A DNA stretch of 62,878 nt, filler included, from 6 parts of 6 records of this genome joined end to end with filler, not necessarily neighbours in it; one strand, 5' to 3'; positions 21,088-31,833 are shown, counted from the first letter of the whole stretch. Numbers and translations are program-made. Notes: generated by a model not told the origin, from the sequence alone.

Positions 21088-21912
21088 ATGAAGAGATCTA
21101 AATCCAAATTGCCTTGTACAATCAGTGCACCTTCCATGGTTTTTGGGGAAGACCTTGTTGATAATGTGCAGCGATTGGCTGGAATTGTAGACCATATTGA
21201 AATTGTCCTTTTTCATACGCCAAAGCTGCACAATTTTCCAAATTCCAAAGAAATTGATGCCCTCCTCAAGATAAAAGCGCTGGAAGAAATTACCTTTTCA
21301 GTGCATCTGCCAACGTCCCTGGAAATAGCATCCAAGGAGAGAGGAAAAAGGGAAAATTCACTCCAACTGGCAAAAGAGCTGTTTTTCAAAATGTCAGCAC
21401 TTGAGCCTTTGTACTATATCCTGCACATTCCTTTTACCCCTCCCACTTTGGTTTCGGTTCCCGGAAATTACCTTGATTCAAAAGGCCAAAACCCTGAATG
21501 GGGCATATGGACCAAGCGAGCTCTGGTCTCGCTGGAAACCCTTTACAATGGTTTAGGCGATAAGCAAAAGATGCTTGTGGAGAACATTAACTATTCGCCT
21601 TCTTTTTTAGAACCTTTCCTGGAGAGTGGATTTTGTGAGCTTTGTCTCGATTTTGGACATTTAATGCTTGGCAATGAAAACGTCACAGACACACTTGCCC
21701 GATATGTAGAGGTGACGCGGGAGATCCATCTTCATGGTGTGAATGGGTATAAAGAGCACGTAAGCCTTTCTGTAATGCCGAGACCCCTTGTCGTTGAATG
21801 GATGGAAACTTTATATACGACTGGCTTTAACGGAGTATTAAATCTTGAAGTGTTCAGCCCTTCCGATTTGGAGGAGTCTGAGAATATTGTCTGGGAAGCG
21901 TTTCCCAAGTGA
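21088..21912 (+). CDS. CbiR-like cobamide-remodelling phosphodiesterase (AP-endonuclease-2 TIM barrel)
   Basis: IEIVLF, SVHLP, VEN, CLDFGH, IHLHG, LEVF motifs. Confidence 0.65.
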   Translation: MKRSKSKLPCTISAPSMVFGEDLVDNVQRLAGIVDHIEIVLFHTPKLHNFPNSKEIDALLKIKALEEITFSVHLPTSLEIASKERGKRENSLQLAKELFFKMSALEPLYYILHIPFTPPTLVSVPGNYLDSKGQNPEWGIWTKRALVSLETLYNGLGDKQKMLVENINYSPSFLEPFLESGFCELCLDFGHLMLGNENVTDTLARYVEVTREIHLHGVNGYKEHVSLSVMPRPLVVEWMETLYTTGFNGVLNLEVFSPSDLEESENIVWEAFPK

Positions 21913-21990
21913 AAAACAAGTTAGAATCTCATGGCAAGGTTGAACTTGCAGTAGAGCAACGAATATCAAAAAGTATATTGAGGAATAATC

Positions 21991-22293
21991 ATGATTAAGC
22001 ATGTTGTAATGTGGAAGTTCAAAGAAAGTGCATTAAATAACACACGAGAAGTAAATATAAGTAAGTTCGCATCCAAGCTGGAGGCACTTGTTGGAGTAAT
22101 CGATGAGATTGTCAGCTTGAGAGCGGAAAAGAATATTTTACCAGGTGAGACTGCTTCCGATTTGGTTTTGCTGTCAGAGTTCAACTCTCTGCAGGATCTT
22201 GAGAAATATAACAATCATCCTGAGCACCAAAAAGTCCTTGCCTTTGGTAAGGAAGTTATCGAAGAAAGACGAGCCGTTGATTTTGAGATGTAG
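21991..22293 (+). CDS. Dabb family stress-responsive alpha/beta barrel protein
   Basis: MIKHVVMWKFK...YNNHPEH...VDF. Confidence 0.9.
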   Translation: MIKHVVMWKFKESALNNTREVNISKFASKLEALVGVIDEIVSLRAEKNILPGETASDLVLLSEFNSLQDLEKYNNHPEHQKVLAFGKEVIEERRAVDFEM

Positions 22294-22818
22294 TGGTGTG
22301 GTTCTTTTTTTCATCTAAAAACGGGTAAAAAGAGCGTGAAGTCAATGTGGTGCATTAGTACGTGGTCTGGCAGATGTCGGTTTTTCCGTGTCTGTCAGAT
22401 CAGATTAAATTGACGCATTTTTTTCACGTTTTTTGCATGGGTAAAACAATCAGTCTGGTTTTGTTGTAAACATTTTTGATGTAGCTCTCCATTTTTCACA
22501 TTTCCTCCCTATTTTTTCCTCAATACACACATATAACATGTAGGACAGAGCAGCGAGGAGTTTGGTTTATTGTACATCTCATAATGTCTTCTTAGGTCGA
22601 CTATTGCCGAGAGGAGAGCTGCAAGCGAGCGGGAATGAGCACTTGTTACCGCAGCAGGTCGAAAAAAGTTCATCCCTGGTAAGTCAATGATCCTCGATGG
22701 CTGCGCTGTATTCTGGCTAAGAAAGGACCGGACATCGTTAAGAATAGGGAGGGTTGTTGATCGAGTACTGATAGACAACACCCTGCAAAGAATTAACTTA
22801 CTTACAAGGAGAAGTATT

Positions 22819-23262
22819 ATGAAGCATCTAACTGTTACTGCAATTGTCCTGATGGCACTGCTTTCTGGTTGTGCAAACATGAACAAGGCCCAAACCGGAG
22901 CTGTCGGCGGTGCTGCCGGTGGTGCCCTCATTGGGCAGATGATCGGTCACAACACCGAGGCCACTTTGATTGGTGCTGCAGTCGGTACCATGCTCGGTTA
23001 TATCGTCGGTAATGAAATGGATAAATACGACAAGCAGCAGTTAAATCATGTGTATGAGCGCGGAGTTTCCAATCAGCGTTCGGCATGGGTTAACCCTGAC
23101 AGTGGTAACCAGTATGCCGTCACTCCGCAACCGGCTTACCAAAGTCCGACTACTAACCAAGTCTGTAGGAAGGCGGAAATAGATTCGATTATTGACGGTA
23201 AAAATCAAAAAACCTATACCACCGCCTGTCGCGACGCTAATGGTCAGTGGCAACTGCAATAA
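22819..23262 (+). CDS. Glycine-zipper lipoprotein, 17-kDa surface antigen (RT0821/Lpp0805) family
   Basis: Lipobox LSGC, GAVGGAAGGALIG, WVNPDSG, CR...TACR...W; AAGGAG RBS. Confidence 0.88.
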   Translation: MKHLTVTAIVLMALLSGCANMNKAQTGAVGGAAGGALIGQMIGHNTEATLIGAAVGTMLGYIVGNEMDKYDKQQLNHVYERGVSNQRSAWVNPDSGNQYAVTPQPAYQSPTTNQVCRKAEIDSIIDGKNQKTYTTACRDANGQWQLQ

Positions 23263-23301
23263 AAAAACCGCACCGTGCAGCCCCCTCGATTATCTTTATA
23301 T

Positions 23302-23334
23302 ACACTGGAGGGAGGACTTTCCTCCAGTGTGTTT
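23302..23334 (+). terminator. Hairpin downstream of lipoprotein gene
   Basis: ACACTGGAGG-N9-CCTCCAGTGT. Confidence 0.5.
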
Positions 23335-23482
23335 CGCCGATGCAGTGCAGGGAGCTGGCGATTCTTTGTTTCTATCTTCATGCTATATACTTCCAAGTCA
23401 CTCTTTTGTTGACCAAAAGCGCACTTTGTGGTACACGAGCTCATTCTGGGTAATCCTAAAATTTCAAAAATGAGGCACTCTC

Positions 23483-23944
23483 ATGTATAAAATCTTGTCT
23501 TTTTGGTTAATTGCGTTTCTCTTTGCTCCGTCTGTATATTCAGAGGAACTACAGTTGGGTGCGCCAATTACCCTGACAGAAATTACCAAGGTCTCTGAAA
23601 TTAATGCGAACCCTGAAAAATACACAGGGAAGAAAGTCCTGATTGAAGGGGTCATAATTAATGTTTGTGCTGCCAGGGGATGTTGGATGGATGTTGCCAG
23701 TGATGTGCCCTTTGAAAAAATTCAAGTCAAAGTGGTAGATGGTGAAATTGTTTTTCCCATGGAAGCCAAAGGGCGCACAGCAAGGGTAGAGGGAATTGCC
23801 GAAGAACTCAAGCTCTCTAAAGAGCAGGCAATTGCCATGGGGAAACACCGAGCAGAGGAACAGGGGATTGCCTTTGATCCGGCAAGTATAAGCGGTCCAG
23901 TAAGTTTCTTTCGTCTTCGCGGGCTGGGTGCGGTGATACAATGA
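23483..23944 (+). CDS. DUF4920-like exported OB-fold protein
   Basis: Signal peptide; VCAARGCWM motif. Confidence 0.75.
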   Translation: MYKILSFWLIAFLFAPSVYSEELQLGAPITLTEITKVSEINANPEKYTGKKVLIEGVIINVCAARGCWMDVASDVPFEKIQVKVVDGEIVFPMEAKGRTARVEGIAEELKLSKEQAIAMGKHRAEEQGIAFDPASISGPVSFFRLRGLGAVIQ

Positions 23945-24031
23945 GATAACCTGCAGTTAAAAAGATGCCTTTTCCTTGAGCCCTTAGCTTAATGGGTTAA
24001 AGGTTTTCCCCACTCAACAGAGGTTCACCCA

Positions 24032-24583
24032 ATGCGCTGGCGAAAATGGAATTTTATTCTTCATAGAGATATCGGGTATCTTTGTATCGGCCTTACCCTG
24101 ATATATGCCATAAGCGGGTTGGTGGTTAATCATACCTCCCATAGTTTCAACCCCAGTTACACCATTGAAAAAAGCGCTGCCACTGTGTCAAAGCTTGCTT
24201 CTGGTAAAAAACCGGATATGGAGTATGTGAATCAGGTATTGGCTGAACTGCAGGAAACTGGCGCCTTTAAAAATGTCGCCATGCTCAATCCCGGCACCAT
24301 GCGAATTTTTGTCGAAGGTAACAGTATTGATGTAACTCTTGCAACAGGGGCGGTGCTCCAGGAGAAAGTGGCCCGGAAGCCCGGGCTGTTTGAGATGAAT
24401 TACCTGCATCTCAATAAACACAAAAAATCATGGACCTTGATTGCAGACATCTATGCTGTTGCCCTGTGTCTCCTTGCTGTAACGGGTTTGTTGATGATTC
24501 GGGGAAAAAATAAATTCCGAGGAATACTGCTCACCTCTATGGGTATCGCATTGCCCTTGCTCTTTCTTTTCGCAGTCCTTTAG
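24032..24583 (+). CDS. PepSY-associated TM helix protein
   Basis: LHRDIGY..ISG..NH and LHLN motifs. Confidence 0.85.
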   Translation: MRWRKWNFILHRDIGYLCIGLTLIYAISGLVVNHTSHSFNPSYTIEKSAATVSKLASGKKPDMEYVNQVLAELQETGAFKNVAMLNPGTMRIFVEGNSIDVTLATGAVLQEKVARKPGLFEMNYLHLNKHKKSWTLIADIYAVALCLLAVTGLLMIRGKNKFRGILLTSMGIALPLLFLFAVL

Positions 24584-24602
24584 TGGTGGCGACGTCATAT
24601 AT

Positions 24603-24641
24603 AAAAAAAGCACTTAGCCGTATTCAGCTAAGTGCTTTTTT
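24603..24641. terminator. Bidirectional intrinsic terminator
   Basis: AAAAAAGCACTTAGC-N8-GCTAAGTGCTTTTTT between convergent genes. Confidence 0.85.
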
Positions 24642-24729
24642 GTAAATGGTGCCTTAAAGGCAACTCAAACCCCAGTTGCCGGCGCAGGAGGCCGGTCAAT
24701 AGACTGTATCCCTTTTTTGTTCTTATTTC

Positions 24730-25190
24730 CTACTGTTCAAAGCAATACACCCTCAATCGCTCACCACATTGTGTGCTTCGTGCGCTAGTCCAAACCCACT
24801 TTTTCTTTTCATCATGCGGGTCTGTATAACCGTTAAATCCTTTAACACTCTCATCTGATCCTGAGTAATTCCATCCATTACAATTGGTGTCCCCAAATTT
24901 AGGATCACCGTTAATTTTAGTATTAGTCCATACCTTATCCAAGCCGACATAGTTTCCGTATTCGTTTCTGTCAATTGAATGTAAAAGATTGCCGCGAGTT
25001 AACGCCGCATAATTTTTGGCAACACTCGTTTCATTTGGTAATACATACGTCACTGAGTTAGAGGTAGTGAGAAATCTTGTATTGGGAGATGAGGCGTCGT
25101 CACTGATCCAGGCCTTATACACTCCTGGTAAACCAGCATTGCTCGCTAATGTCTGACAGGTGGCGTCGGCTCCCTCAACTCCGCCAAAAT
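24730..25190 (-). CDS. DUF1554 (endostatin/Len-like) domain protein, 5'-truncated by contig end
   Basis: FGGVEGADATCQTLASNAGLPGVYKAWISD...VWT...CNGW...C....VYCFEQ. Confidence 0.8.
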
Positions 25191-25290
25191 NNNNNNNNNN
25201 NNNNNNNNNNNNNNNNNNNNNNNNNNNNNNNNNNTTAATTAATTAANNNNNNNNNNNNNNNNNNNNNNNNNNNNNNNNNNNNNNNNNNNN
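25191..25290. other. Artificial contig linker
   Basis: N44-TTAATTAATTAA-N44. Confidence 0.99.
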
Positions 25291-27765
25291 GGGAATATAG
25301 GTCGCCGACAGGTCCTCATCATAGAGAACAAGAACAACCTCTGCGGTATAACTGCCCAGATAATCATCCACGTCCCGCCATTCGATCGTATTCAGCCCGT
25401 CGGCGATAAAGTAGAACCAGTCGGTTGAGGTCGAACCGACAGAATCGGTATCCCAGCCTGAGGTCAGTAGAATCGGCTGCACACACGAACCGGAATCATA
25501 TTCGCTCAATTCGCTGGTCCAGCCCACAAGATCAACCGCAGCCACCTTGTAGTAATGGGTGGCGTCATCCCCGATATCGTACACCAGACCGGAATCGGAC
25601 TCAACGCTGCCCAGAAAATCATACTCACCGTCGGATGTGTCACTAGAGTAGATTTTATACGATTCGGCGCCTGTGACAGAGGGCCAGTCCAGCTGGATAT
25701 TTTCCGGCCAGGTTCCGTCGGTTGCCGAAATCCAGGTCGGCGCCGGCAGGGTGACTAATTCTTTAAAGAAGTCGATAACCGCGTTCACCGCTTCACTCTC
25801 CTCCTCGGTCAGGCCCAGGTACAAAGGCAGGGAATAGGATTCCCCCCCAGAAGTAATTGTGTAGGAGATCGTAGTCCCAAGAGTGATTTTGGTACCTTCG
25901 GTCCAGGTATCCCGAAAAATATCCTTCTCCTGACAAAGCTCGTAGAGCTGCTGGATCAGTTCAGGATCATAAGTGAACGTTCTCGTTACCTGGGTTTCGA
26001 TCTCCTTCACCCCGGTGCCGTCGGGATCCACTATAATGGCCTTTGGATAGACTCCTACTCCGGTTGAGGTGTAGCGGTACTTCATGGTGAAATCCGCTGG
26101 GACCGAGTTGTCATCCGCCCAGCCCTCGTCAGAATCAGACGGCAGGGTCTCGTAGAACTCTGTAGAACTGACCCAGTCTACTGCGGTGACCCGATAGTAG
26201 TAATGGGTTCCAGGTGTGATTTCAGAACCCGCTGGCTCGGTCGTTGTATTCCAGGTACCCGTGTAGTCCGAGGCCACACTGCCTACAAATTCCCAGTCAT
26301 CAGAAGGGTCTTCGGTGCGGTAGATAAAGTAGTAATCGGCGTTGGCCGAAGCACTCCAGCTCAGGTTGATTGTGTCTCCCGAACCGCCGTCGGTGGCGGT
26401 CATATTTTCCGGTGGATCGAGCAGGGTAACAGCCCCGTAGATGAAATCCCCGGAAGAGCCTGTTGTGTTCCAGGATTTCACCATGTACACATAGGTTTCT
26501 CCGGCTGTCAGTCCGGAATCGGTATAGGATGTATTTCCTGAGGTCACCGTCGGTCCGGGATACTCAAGGATTCCCATGGTGGAAACTCCTTCACTCGCCA
26601 TATACCGGTAGATATCGAATCCCTCTTCATTATCTGATTGATCGACCCACCCGATGGTAACCGAAGTGTTCGAATTTTTGGTGAGGGAAATATCAGATGG
26701 AGCCGCCGGCAGTCCCGGTGAAGTGCCGCTTCCTCCGTCATCTTCACCTCCCGTATCAACAGTGGTGTCGTAGGTTATGACCAGATCATCCACCCAGAAA
26801 TCCGCCGACTGTCCCGCCCCGTCGAGCATCATAAATCCGCAGTTATTCAGGGACGTAAGGGTCTGATCATCGAAGAGGGCTCCTGCCCAGATCTCCGTAT
26901 CATCTATCGAAAAACGGTAGGAGTCTGAATGACAGTCAAACTCCCCGCTGATGTTGTACCACTGATCAAGGGAGATCGTCACACCGCTCAGATAGGTTGT
27001 GTTATCGTCCGAGTAGTTGATGATGAAATCACCTGTAGTGGAAGATGGTTCAAAAGCGAAGGCAAAGGCTGATATCAAGCCTTCGGCGGTGGTGTTGGCT
27101 CCCATGGAGAACATGGCGTAAGAATTCTCTTCAAAAAGTATATCAAAGCTGAAGGTTCCGGAAGCTCCGGGAGTAAAGGTGGCGTTGGCCAGCATGTAGG
27201 AACCGGAAACCCCGGAATCCATGAAATGAAAAGCGCGATCCCCGCCGGTGCCTCCGGGAGCCGGTCCGATTGCCATGGAGGAGGCCCCGAACTCTCCGGC
27301 CAGCCAGCCGTCCTTCAGCTGCTGCGCGGTCAGCCCCACCTCCCCTTCGGGATAGGCGTTGAAGTCATCCTCAAAGAGGAAATCCCCGTTTGACAGAGAT
27401 AGGCCGCCGTCATCTGATATGGTCACCCGGATACCGGCGGAATTGGTTGTATTCCCCGTCCGATCGTAGGCCACCGCCTGTATCGTATGGGTTCCGGGTT
27501 CGAAGGTTCCGGTGTTCCAAAGGAATTCATAGGGGGCGGCTTGAACGGTTGCCCTTGTGGTCTGATCAATCTTGAAAACCACCTTGAAAATACCGACATT
27601 GTCCTCTGCCGCCGCCCGGATGATCACGCTGCCGCTGACGGTCTCCCCATCTGCCGGGGAGGTAATCTGAACTGTCGGGGGAATTGAATCCTCCGAGGGA
27701 AAAAATAGATCGCAGCTCATCATAAGAAGCAAGGCAAAACCGATCAAGATTAATCTTTTCATCAT
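25291..27765 (-). CDS. Large surface lipoprotein with Ig-like (Big) and fibronectin-III domains, 3'-truncated
   Basis: LLMMSC lipobox; PPTVQITSPADG..AEDNVGI..AYDRTGN; FN3 repeats (WVDQSDNEEGFDIYR; YYYRVTAVD; YYKVAAVD). Confidence 0.8.
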
Positions 27766-27803
27766 AAACCTCACTTTGTATCGGGAGTAAAAACCCCGCA
27801 GGA

Positions 27804-28874
27804 TTAGAGATCCCAATAAATTGAGAACCGGGCGAAGTCGTAATCTTCAATCCAGCTCTCTTTATTATTTTCATCTTCTATGTGATCCAGCTCGACCTCC
27901 CGGAAAGTCCGCACATAGGAGATATCAATCACCGGGTAGCCGGGCAGACCGAAACTCGTCTCCACAAACTCCAGGGCACAGGAGAGACCGCCTTCGAGGT
28001 TGCGCTCCGAAACATCCACCTGAATCAAAGAGTTGTTAGCCGTCTGGATGATGGTTGTTTCGGCAGTGGAATCCGTTCTATAGGGAGTGTAGAAGTTGTT
28101 TTCGGTTACCGAGCTTCCATCGTAGGTAAACTGCCGGTATTTTCCAAAACCGACGATCCTCAGAGAGGGTGAAGGAAGATTGAACCCCAGCCTGACCCCC
28201 AGCCTGTACTGACTGCCGCTGCCGTCCAATTCGTAGTCATGCTCCTTCCACCAGTACTCGGCAAAAGCAGGATAGGCAGTATCCGAAACGGGCCAGTCCA
28301 GATAATTCTGCAGATAGCCTCCGGCCATATGAGTGATAAGCATGGGAGCGTAATCCCCTTCAATACTGATCGAAAAGGGGCCGGGAGAGGCTTTCAGCCG
28401 CCCGCCCGCCAGAAAACCGGAGAGCCGTTCATCCTCATCGATATCAATAAAGGCTTCTATATCCCGGGGGACATTCTCCACATCCCCCTCATAGAGGATC
28501 CCGGCCATGGAATCCGCCTCGGTCAGTGAAACAGCAAACCCGGCAAAGGGTTCAAGAACGATTCCTCCGAGATTGAAACGGCCGGCGACGGTCACTTCAC
28601 CGGCCAGGATATCCTTGTAAATATCGCCATAAAGGGGACCGCCGAGACCTTCAAACTCCAGGTCGTGGTGAAACACGACATCATGGGTAAACCGGACCCC
28701 AAGTCCCAGGAAGGAGAAAGGGGTATAGTCGATCCGGGCCTCCTGCCCCGTGGTCCCCATGGTGTTGGGCGTCAGCCCGAGGGACCCCGAAAAACGGGGA
28801 GTCTCTGCCGCCTGGAGAGGAAAAAAGAGTGAGATAAGGATGACAATGAATGTGGTTTTTTGAATTGCTTTCAT
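27804..28874 (-). CDS. Exported protein, probable outer-membrane beta-barrel
   Basis: Signal peptide, alternating amphipathic strands, C-terminal FARFSIYWDL. Confidence 0.6.
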   Translation of the reverse strand: MKAIQKTTFIVILISLFFPLQAAETPRFSGSLGLTPNTMGTTGQEARIDYTPFSFLGLGVRFTHDVVFHHDLEFEGLGGPLYGDIYKDILAGEVTVAGRFNLGGIVLEPFAGFAVSLTEADSMAGILYEGDVENVPRDIEAFIDIDEDERLSGFLAGGRLKASPGPFSISIEGDYAPMLITHMAGGYLQNYLDWPVSDTAYPAFAEYWWKEHDYELDGSGSQYRLGVRLGFNLPSPSLRIVGFGKYRQFTYDGSSVTENNFYTPYRTDSTAETTIIQTANNSLIQVDVSERNLEGGLSCALEFVETSFGLPGYPVIDISYVRTFREVELDHIEDENNKESWIEDYDFARFSIYWDL

Positions 28875-29042
28875 TTTGGCCTCCGAAGGTGATCTGTCAG
28901 GTCCAGCTCGGATGCACAGCTATGAAAAGTATACATTTTTTTATTCAAGATCTCAAATTTCCATACGAGGAATGAATCAGAATTGGAATTTCACCGGTAT
29001 TAAAGGGTAGCGACAGATTCTATCTATAATAAGGAGACAATC

Positions 29043-29948
29043 ATGAATCGAACAAAAATCGATTTCCGGAGATTAAAACGGTTCCGCCCCCTGCTCCCGG
29101 GCCTGCTCCTTCTCCTGGTGACGGCCCTCCCCTTCAGCGGATGCCGGGAAGGAGGAAGCCCTGCCGCCGTTCAGAACGGCTCGGGAACCCTGGAAATAAA
29201 CCTTCTGCTGGAGGATAGAGAAGGGACCGATCGGACTCTGACCGACGGCGATTCCACTGCGGCGGCGGCAAACAGCGACCTCTACGAAGTCCTTATCTAC
29301 AACGCCGAAACGGTAAACACCACCCTTTTAACCGCTGCAGAGCTTGAGAGCGGCCCGATCACCCTGACGGTGGAGGCCGGCAGCTATTCGGTGCTGGTAC
29401 TGGCAGGGGTCGACGGCGGTGCGGAGGGAGTCCTTCTCGGTTCCGGAAACTGCGAGGGGATAACGGTAGCCGCGGAGACAGTAACCCCGGTCACGGTTTC
29501 CCTGACATCGGTGTCCCACAGCCTGACCCTCCCGGAGACAGTGGACTGCAGCACGACTTATACAGTGATGGTTACGGGGAACACAAACAACCCCCTGCTT
29601 ATGCCGGTCTACGGCGGGACAACCCAGGACAGGAAACCCTACATTGAAATCGGTGAAGATTCTACGAATCAGGAGCTGGTATGTTCCGGTGATTCCTGCT
29701 GGTCCGGGAGCCTGGAGCTGACGGCTCCCCCACTGGCAAATACGAAGGAGGTTCGATTTTACGGCGGCCGGATCAAAATCGTTGATCCCGCCTTTTCCAT
29801 CGACGAAGAACTGGACGGCTTCGGCAGCCTCAACTGGTTCTGGCTTAACGCGAACGATGCTCCGGAAAGTCTGGAGATCGAGGTGAAAAGAGAGATCGAC
29901 TTCGCCGCTTCGGGGACAGGAGTGGGGATTACCATCGGCTGGAGCTGA
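29043..29948 (+). CDS. Hypothetical lipoprotein
   Basis: AAGGAG RBS; FSGC lipobox; beta-rich. Confidence 0.7.
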   Translation: MNRTKIDFRRLKRFRPLLPGLLLLLVTALPFSGCREGGSPAAVQNGSGTLEINLLLEDREGTDRTLTDGDSTAAAANSDLYEVLIYNAETVNTTLLTAAELESGPITLTVEAGSYSVLVLAGVDGGAEGVLLGSGNCEGITVAAETVTPVTVSLTSVSHSLTLPETVDCSTTYTVMVTGNTNNPLLMPVYGGTTQDRKPYIEIGEDSTNQELVCSGDSCWSGSLELTAPPLANTKEVRFYGGRIKIVDPAFSIDEELDGFGSLNWFWLNANDAPESLEIEVKREIDFAASGTGVGITIGWS

Positions 29949-29997
29949 GAAGCCCGAGACGGGAAAGTGTTTCCTTCCTTTTAGCCATGTGTTTCTA

Positions 29998-30026
29998 TTG
30001 ACAGTATCGGCTCACAGTGCTAATGT
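29998..30026 (+). promoter_or_regulatory. sigma70-type promoter of ABC operon
   Basis: TTGACA-N17-TAATGT with TGn extension. Confidence 0.55.
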
Positions 30027-30070
30027 TTCTACGCAAAAGAACATATTATTCATTATTCAAGGAAGGAACT

Positions 30071-31054
30071 ATGAAAGGAATGAAAAATCCCCTGATACTG
30101 ACACTTCTGACGCTGTCCCTGGTTTTCGCAGCAGCATCCGGACAGAATGAGGAAGACGCAGCTGGATTGATTAAAATCGGAATCTCGAAAATCGTGGCTC
30201 ACCCGGCACTGGATGCGGTGGAACAGGGAATCGTTGAAGTTGTAAAAGAAAGCTTCCCCGACGCCGAGTTCGATCTGCAGAACGCCAACGGCGAAATGTC
30301 CACAGCCTCTTCCATCGCCCAGAAGTTCAAATCCCAGAAGGTTGACCTTGCCGTCGGTATCGCCACCCCCACCGCCCAGGCCCTGGCCCAGGCGATCAGT
30401 GACGTCCCGGTTATCTTCTCCGCCGTTACCGACCCTGTCGACGCGGGCCTTGTTACCTCAATCGACAAGGGAGAAGGAAACATCACCGGTGTATCGGATA
30501 TGACTCCGGTCAAGGAACAGATAGAACTGCTGATGTCCCTTATAGATATAAAAACCCTTGGTGTTGTCTATACCAACTCAGAAGCCAATGCCGTCCGGCT
30601 GACCGAAATCGCCCAGGAGGCCTGTGAAGAGCTCGGTATCGAATGCATCACCACCGGAATCACCAACTCCTCGGAAGTCAAACAGGCGGCCCAGACCATC
30701 GCCAATAAAGTAGACGCCTTCTACGTCTCTACCGACAACACCGTAGTCTCCGCCATAAGCGCCCTGGTTGACGTAGCCGAAAAGGCGGGCATCCCCATCG
30801 TCTCTGCCGACACAACCTCCGCAGAACCCGGCGGCGTCCTCATCTCCTGGGGCTTTGACTACTACAAGATGGGTAAGGCAACCGGCCGGATGGTTGTGGA
30901 CATTCTTAACGGCGCCGACCCCGCCACTACTCCGACCCTCTTTATGACCGACCCGTCGGATATCGATCTCCTTATCGACCCCGCTGTCGCCGAAGCTCTG
31001 GGCATTCAAATCCCCGCAGACCTTATGGCCAAGGCCAGAACGGTCGAGAAATAG
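30071..31054 (+). CDS. ABC transporter substrate-binding protein (ABC_sub_bind; aromatic amino acid/TrpX-like)
   Basis: HPALDA, IATPTAQA, AVTDPV, TGVSD, DNTV. Confidence 0.9.
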   Translation: MKGMKNPLILTLLTLSLVFAAASGQNEEDAAGLIKIGISKIVAHPALDAVEQGIVEVVKESFPDAEFDLQNANGEMSTASSIAQKFKSQKVDLAVGIATPTAQALAQAISDVPVIFSAVTDPVDAGLVTSIDKGEGNITGVSDMTPVKEQIELLMSLIDIKTLGVVYTNSEANAVRLTEIAQEACEELGIECITTGITNSSEVKQAAQTIANKVDAFYVSTDNTVVSAISALVDVAEKAGIPIVSADTTSAEPGGVLISWGFDYYKMGKATGRMVVDILNGADPATTPTLFMTDPSDIDLLIDPAVAEALGIQIPADLMAKARTVEK

Positions 31055-31071
31055 GGGAAAAAAGAAAACGC

Positions 31072-31707
31072 ATGATTGAAGGTATTATTGTCGAGGGGCT
31101 GATCTACGGGATCCTGGCCCTCGGCGTTTTTATGACATTCAGGGTTCTCGACTTCCCGGATCTGACGGTGGACGGAACCTTTCCCCTGGGAGCCGCTGTG
31201 ATGGCCATAGGCCTGACCAACGGTATGCCCATGGGGCTCGCACTCCTCCTGGCTTTCGTGGGCGGTTTTGCCGCCGGCAGTGTAACCGCCACCATCCACA
31301 ACAAACTGGGAGTCCCGGGCCTTCTGGCAGGAATTCTCACCATGACCATGCTCTGGTCGGTAAATATCCGTGTCCTGGGAAGCCGGGCCAACCTCCCCCT
31401 CCTGCGGACCGAAACAATTCTGACAAAGGTGGAAGGCCTCCTGGCACCTGTTTTCGGTGAAACCGGAGGCCTCCTGATCTTTTTTATTATCACGGTCCTG
31501 GTCATCAAGCTCCTCATCGATCTCTTCTTCCATACGGATCTGGGACTGACCATGGGGGCCATGGGAAACAACGAACAGATGGTGATAAGCCAGGGAGTCA
31601 ACCCGGAGATGATGAAAATCATCGGTGTCGGTTTCTCCAACGGTCTGGTCGCCATATCGGGAGCCTTTGCCGCCCAGTACCAGGGCTTTGCCGACGTCAA
31701 CCTGGGC
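31072..31707 (+). CDS. ABC transporter permease, 3'-truncated
   Basis: DFPDLTVDGTFPLG, LLAGILTMT, QYQGFADVNLG. Confidence 0.9.
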
Positions 31708-31807
31708 NNNNNNNNNNNNNNNNNNNNNNNNNNNNNNNNNNNNNNNNNNNNTTAATTAATTAANNNNNNNNNNNNNNNNNNNNNNNNNNNNNNNNNNNNN
31801 NNNNNNN
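31708..31807. other. Artificial contig linker
   Basis: N44-TTAATTAATTAA-N44. Confidence 0.99.
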
Positions 31808-31833
31808 CCGCAGCTTGCTGCGGGGAGCTTCAT
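31808..31833. repeat. Partial REP-like palindrome at contig end
   Basis: CCGCAGC-TT-GCTGCGG followed by GGAGCTTCA. Confidence 0.5.

Noticed and set aside
22294-22818. Long intergenic region with a hairpin as riboswitch or ncRNA; also ORF 22509-22931
   Set aside because: No match to riboswitch consensus motifs I can recognise; the ORF is antisense to the lipoprotein gene. An Rfam scan would be needed
24647-24720. Intact tRNA gene
   Set aside because: Only a degenerate 3' fragment; no D-arm or anticodon arm can be folded
25235-25246. TTAATTAATTAA palindrome recurring five times
   Set aside because: Artificial all-frame stop linker within N runs, not biological
30199-31700. Several antisense ORFs over the ABC genes
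   Set aside because: Shadow ORFs caused by GC-rich codon usage
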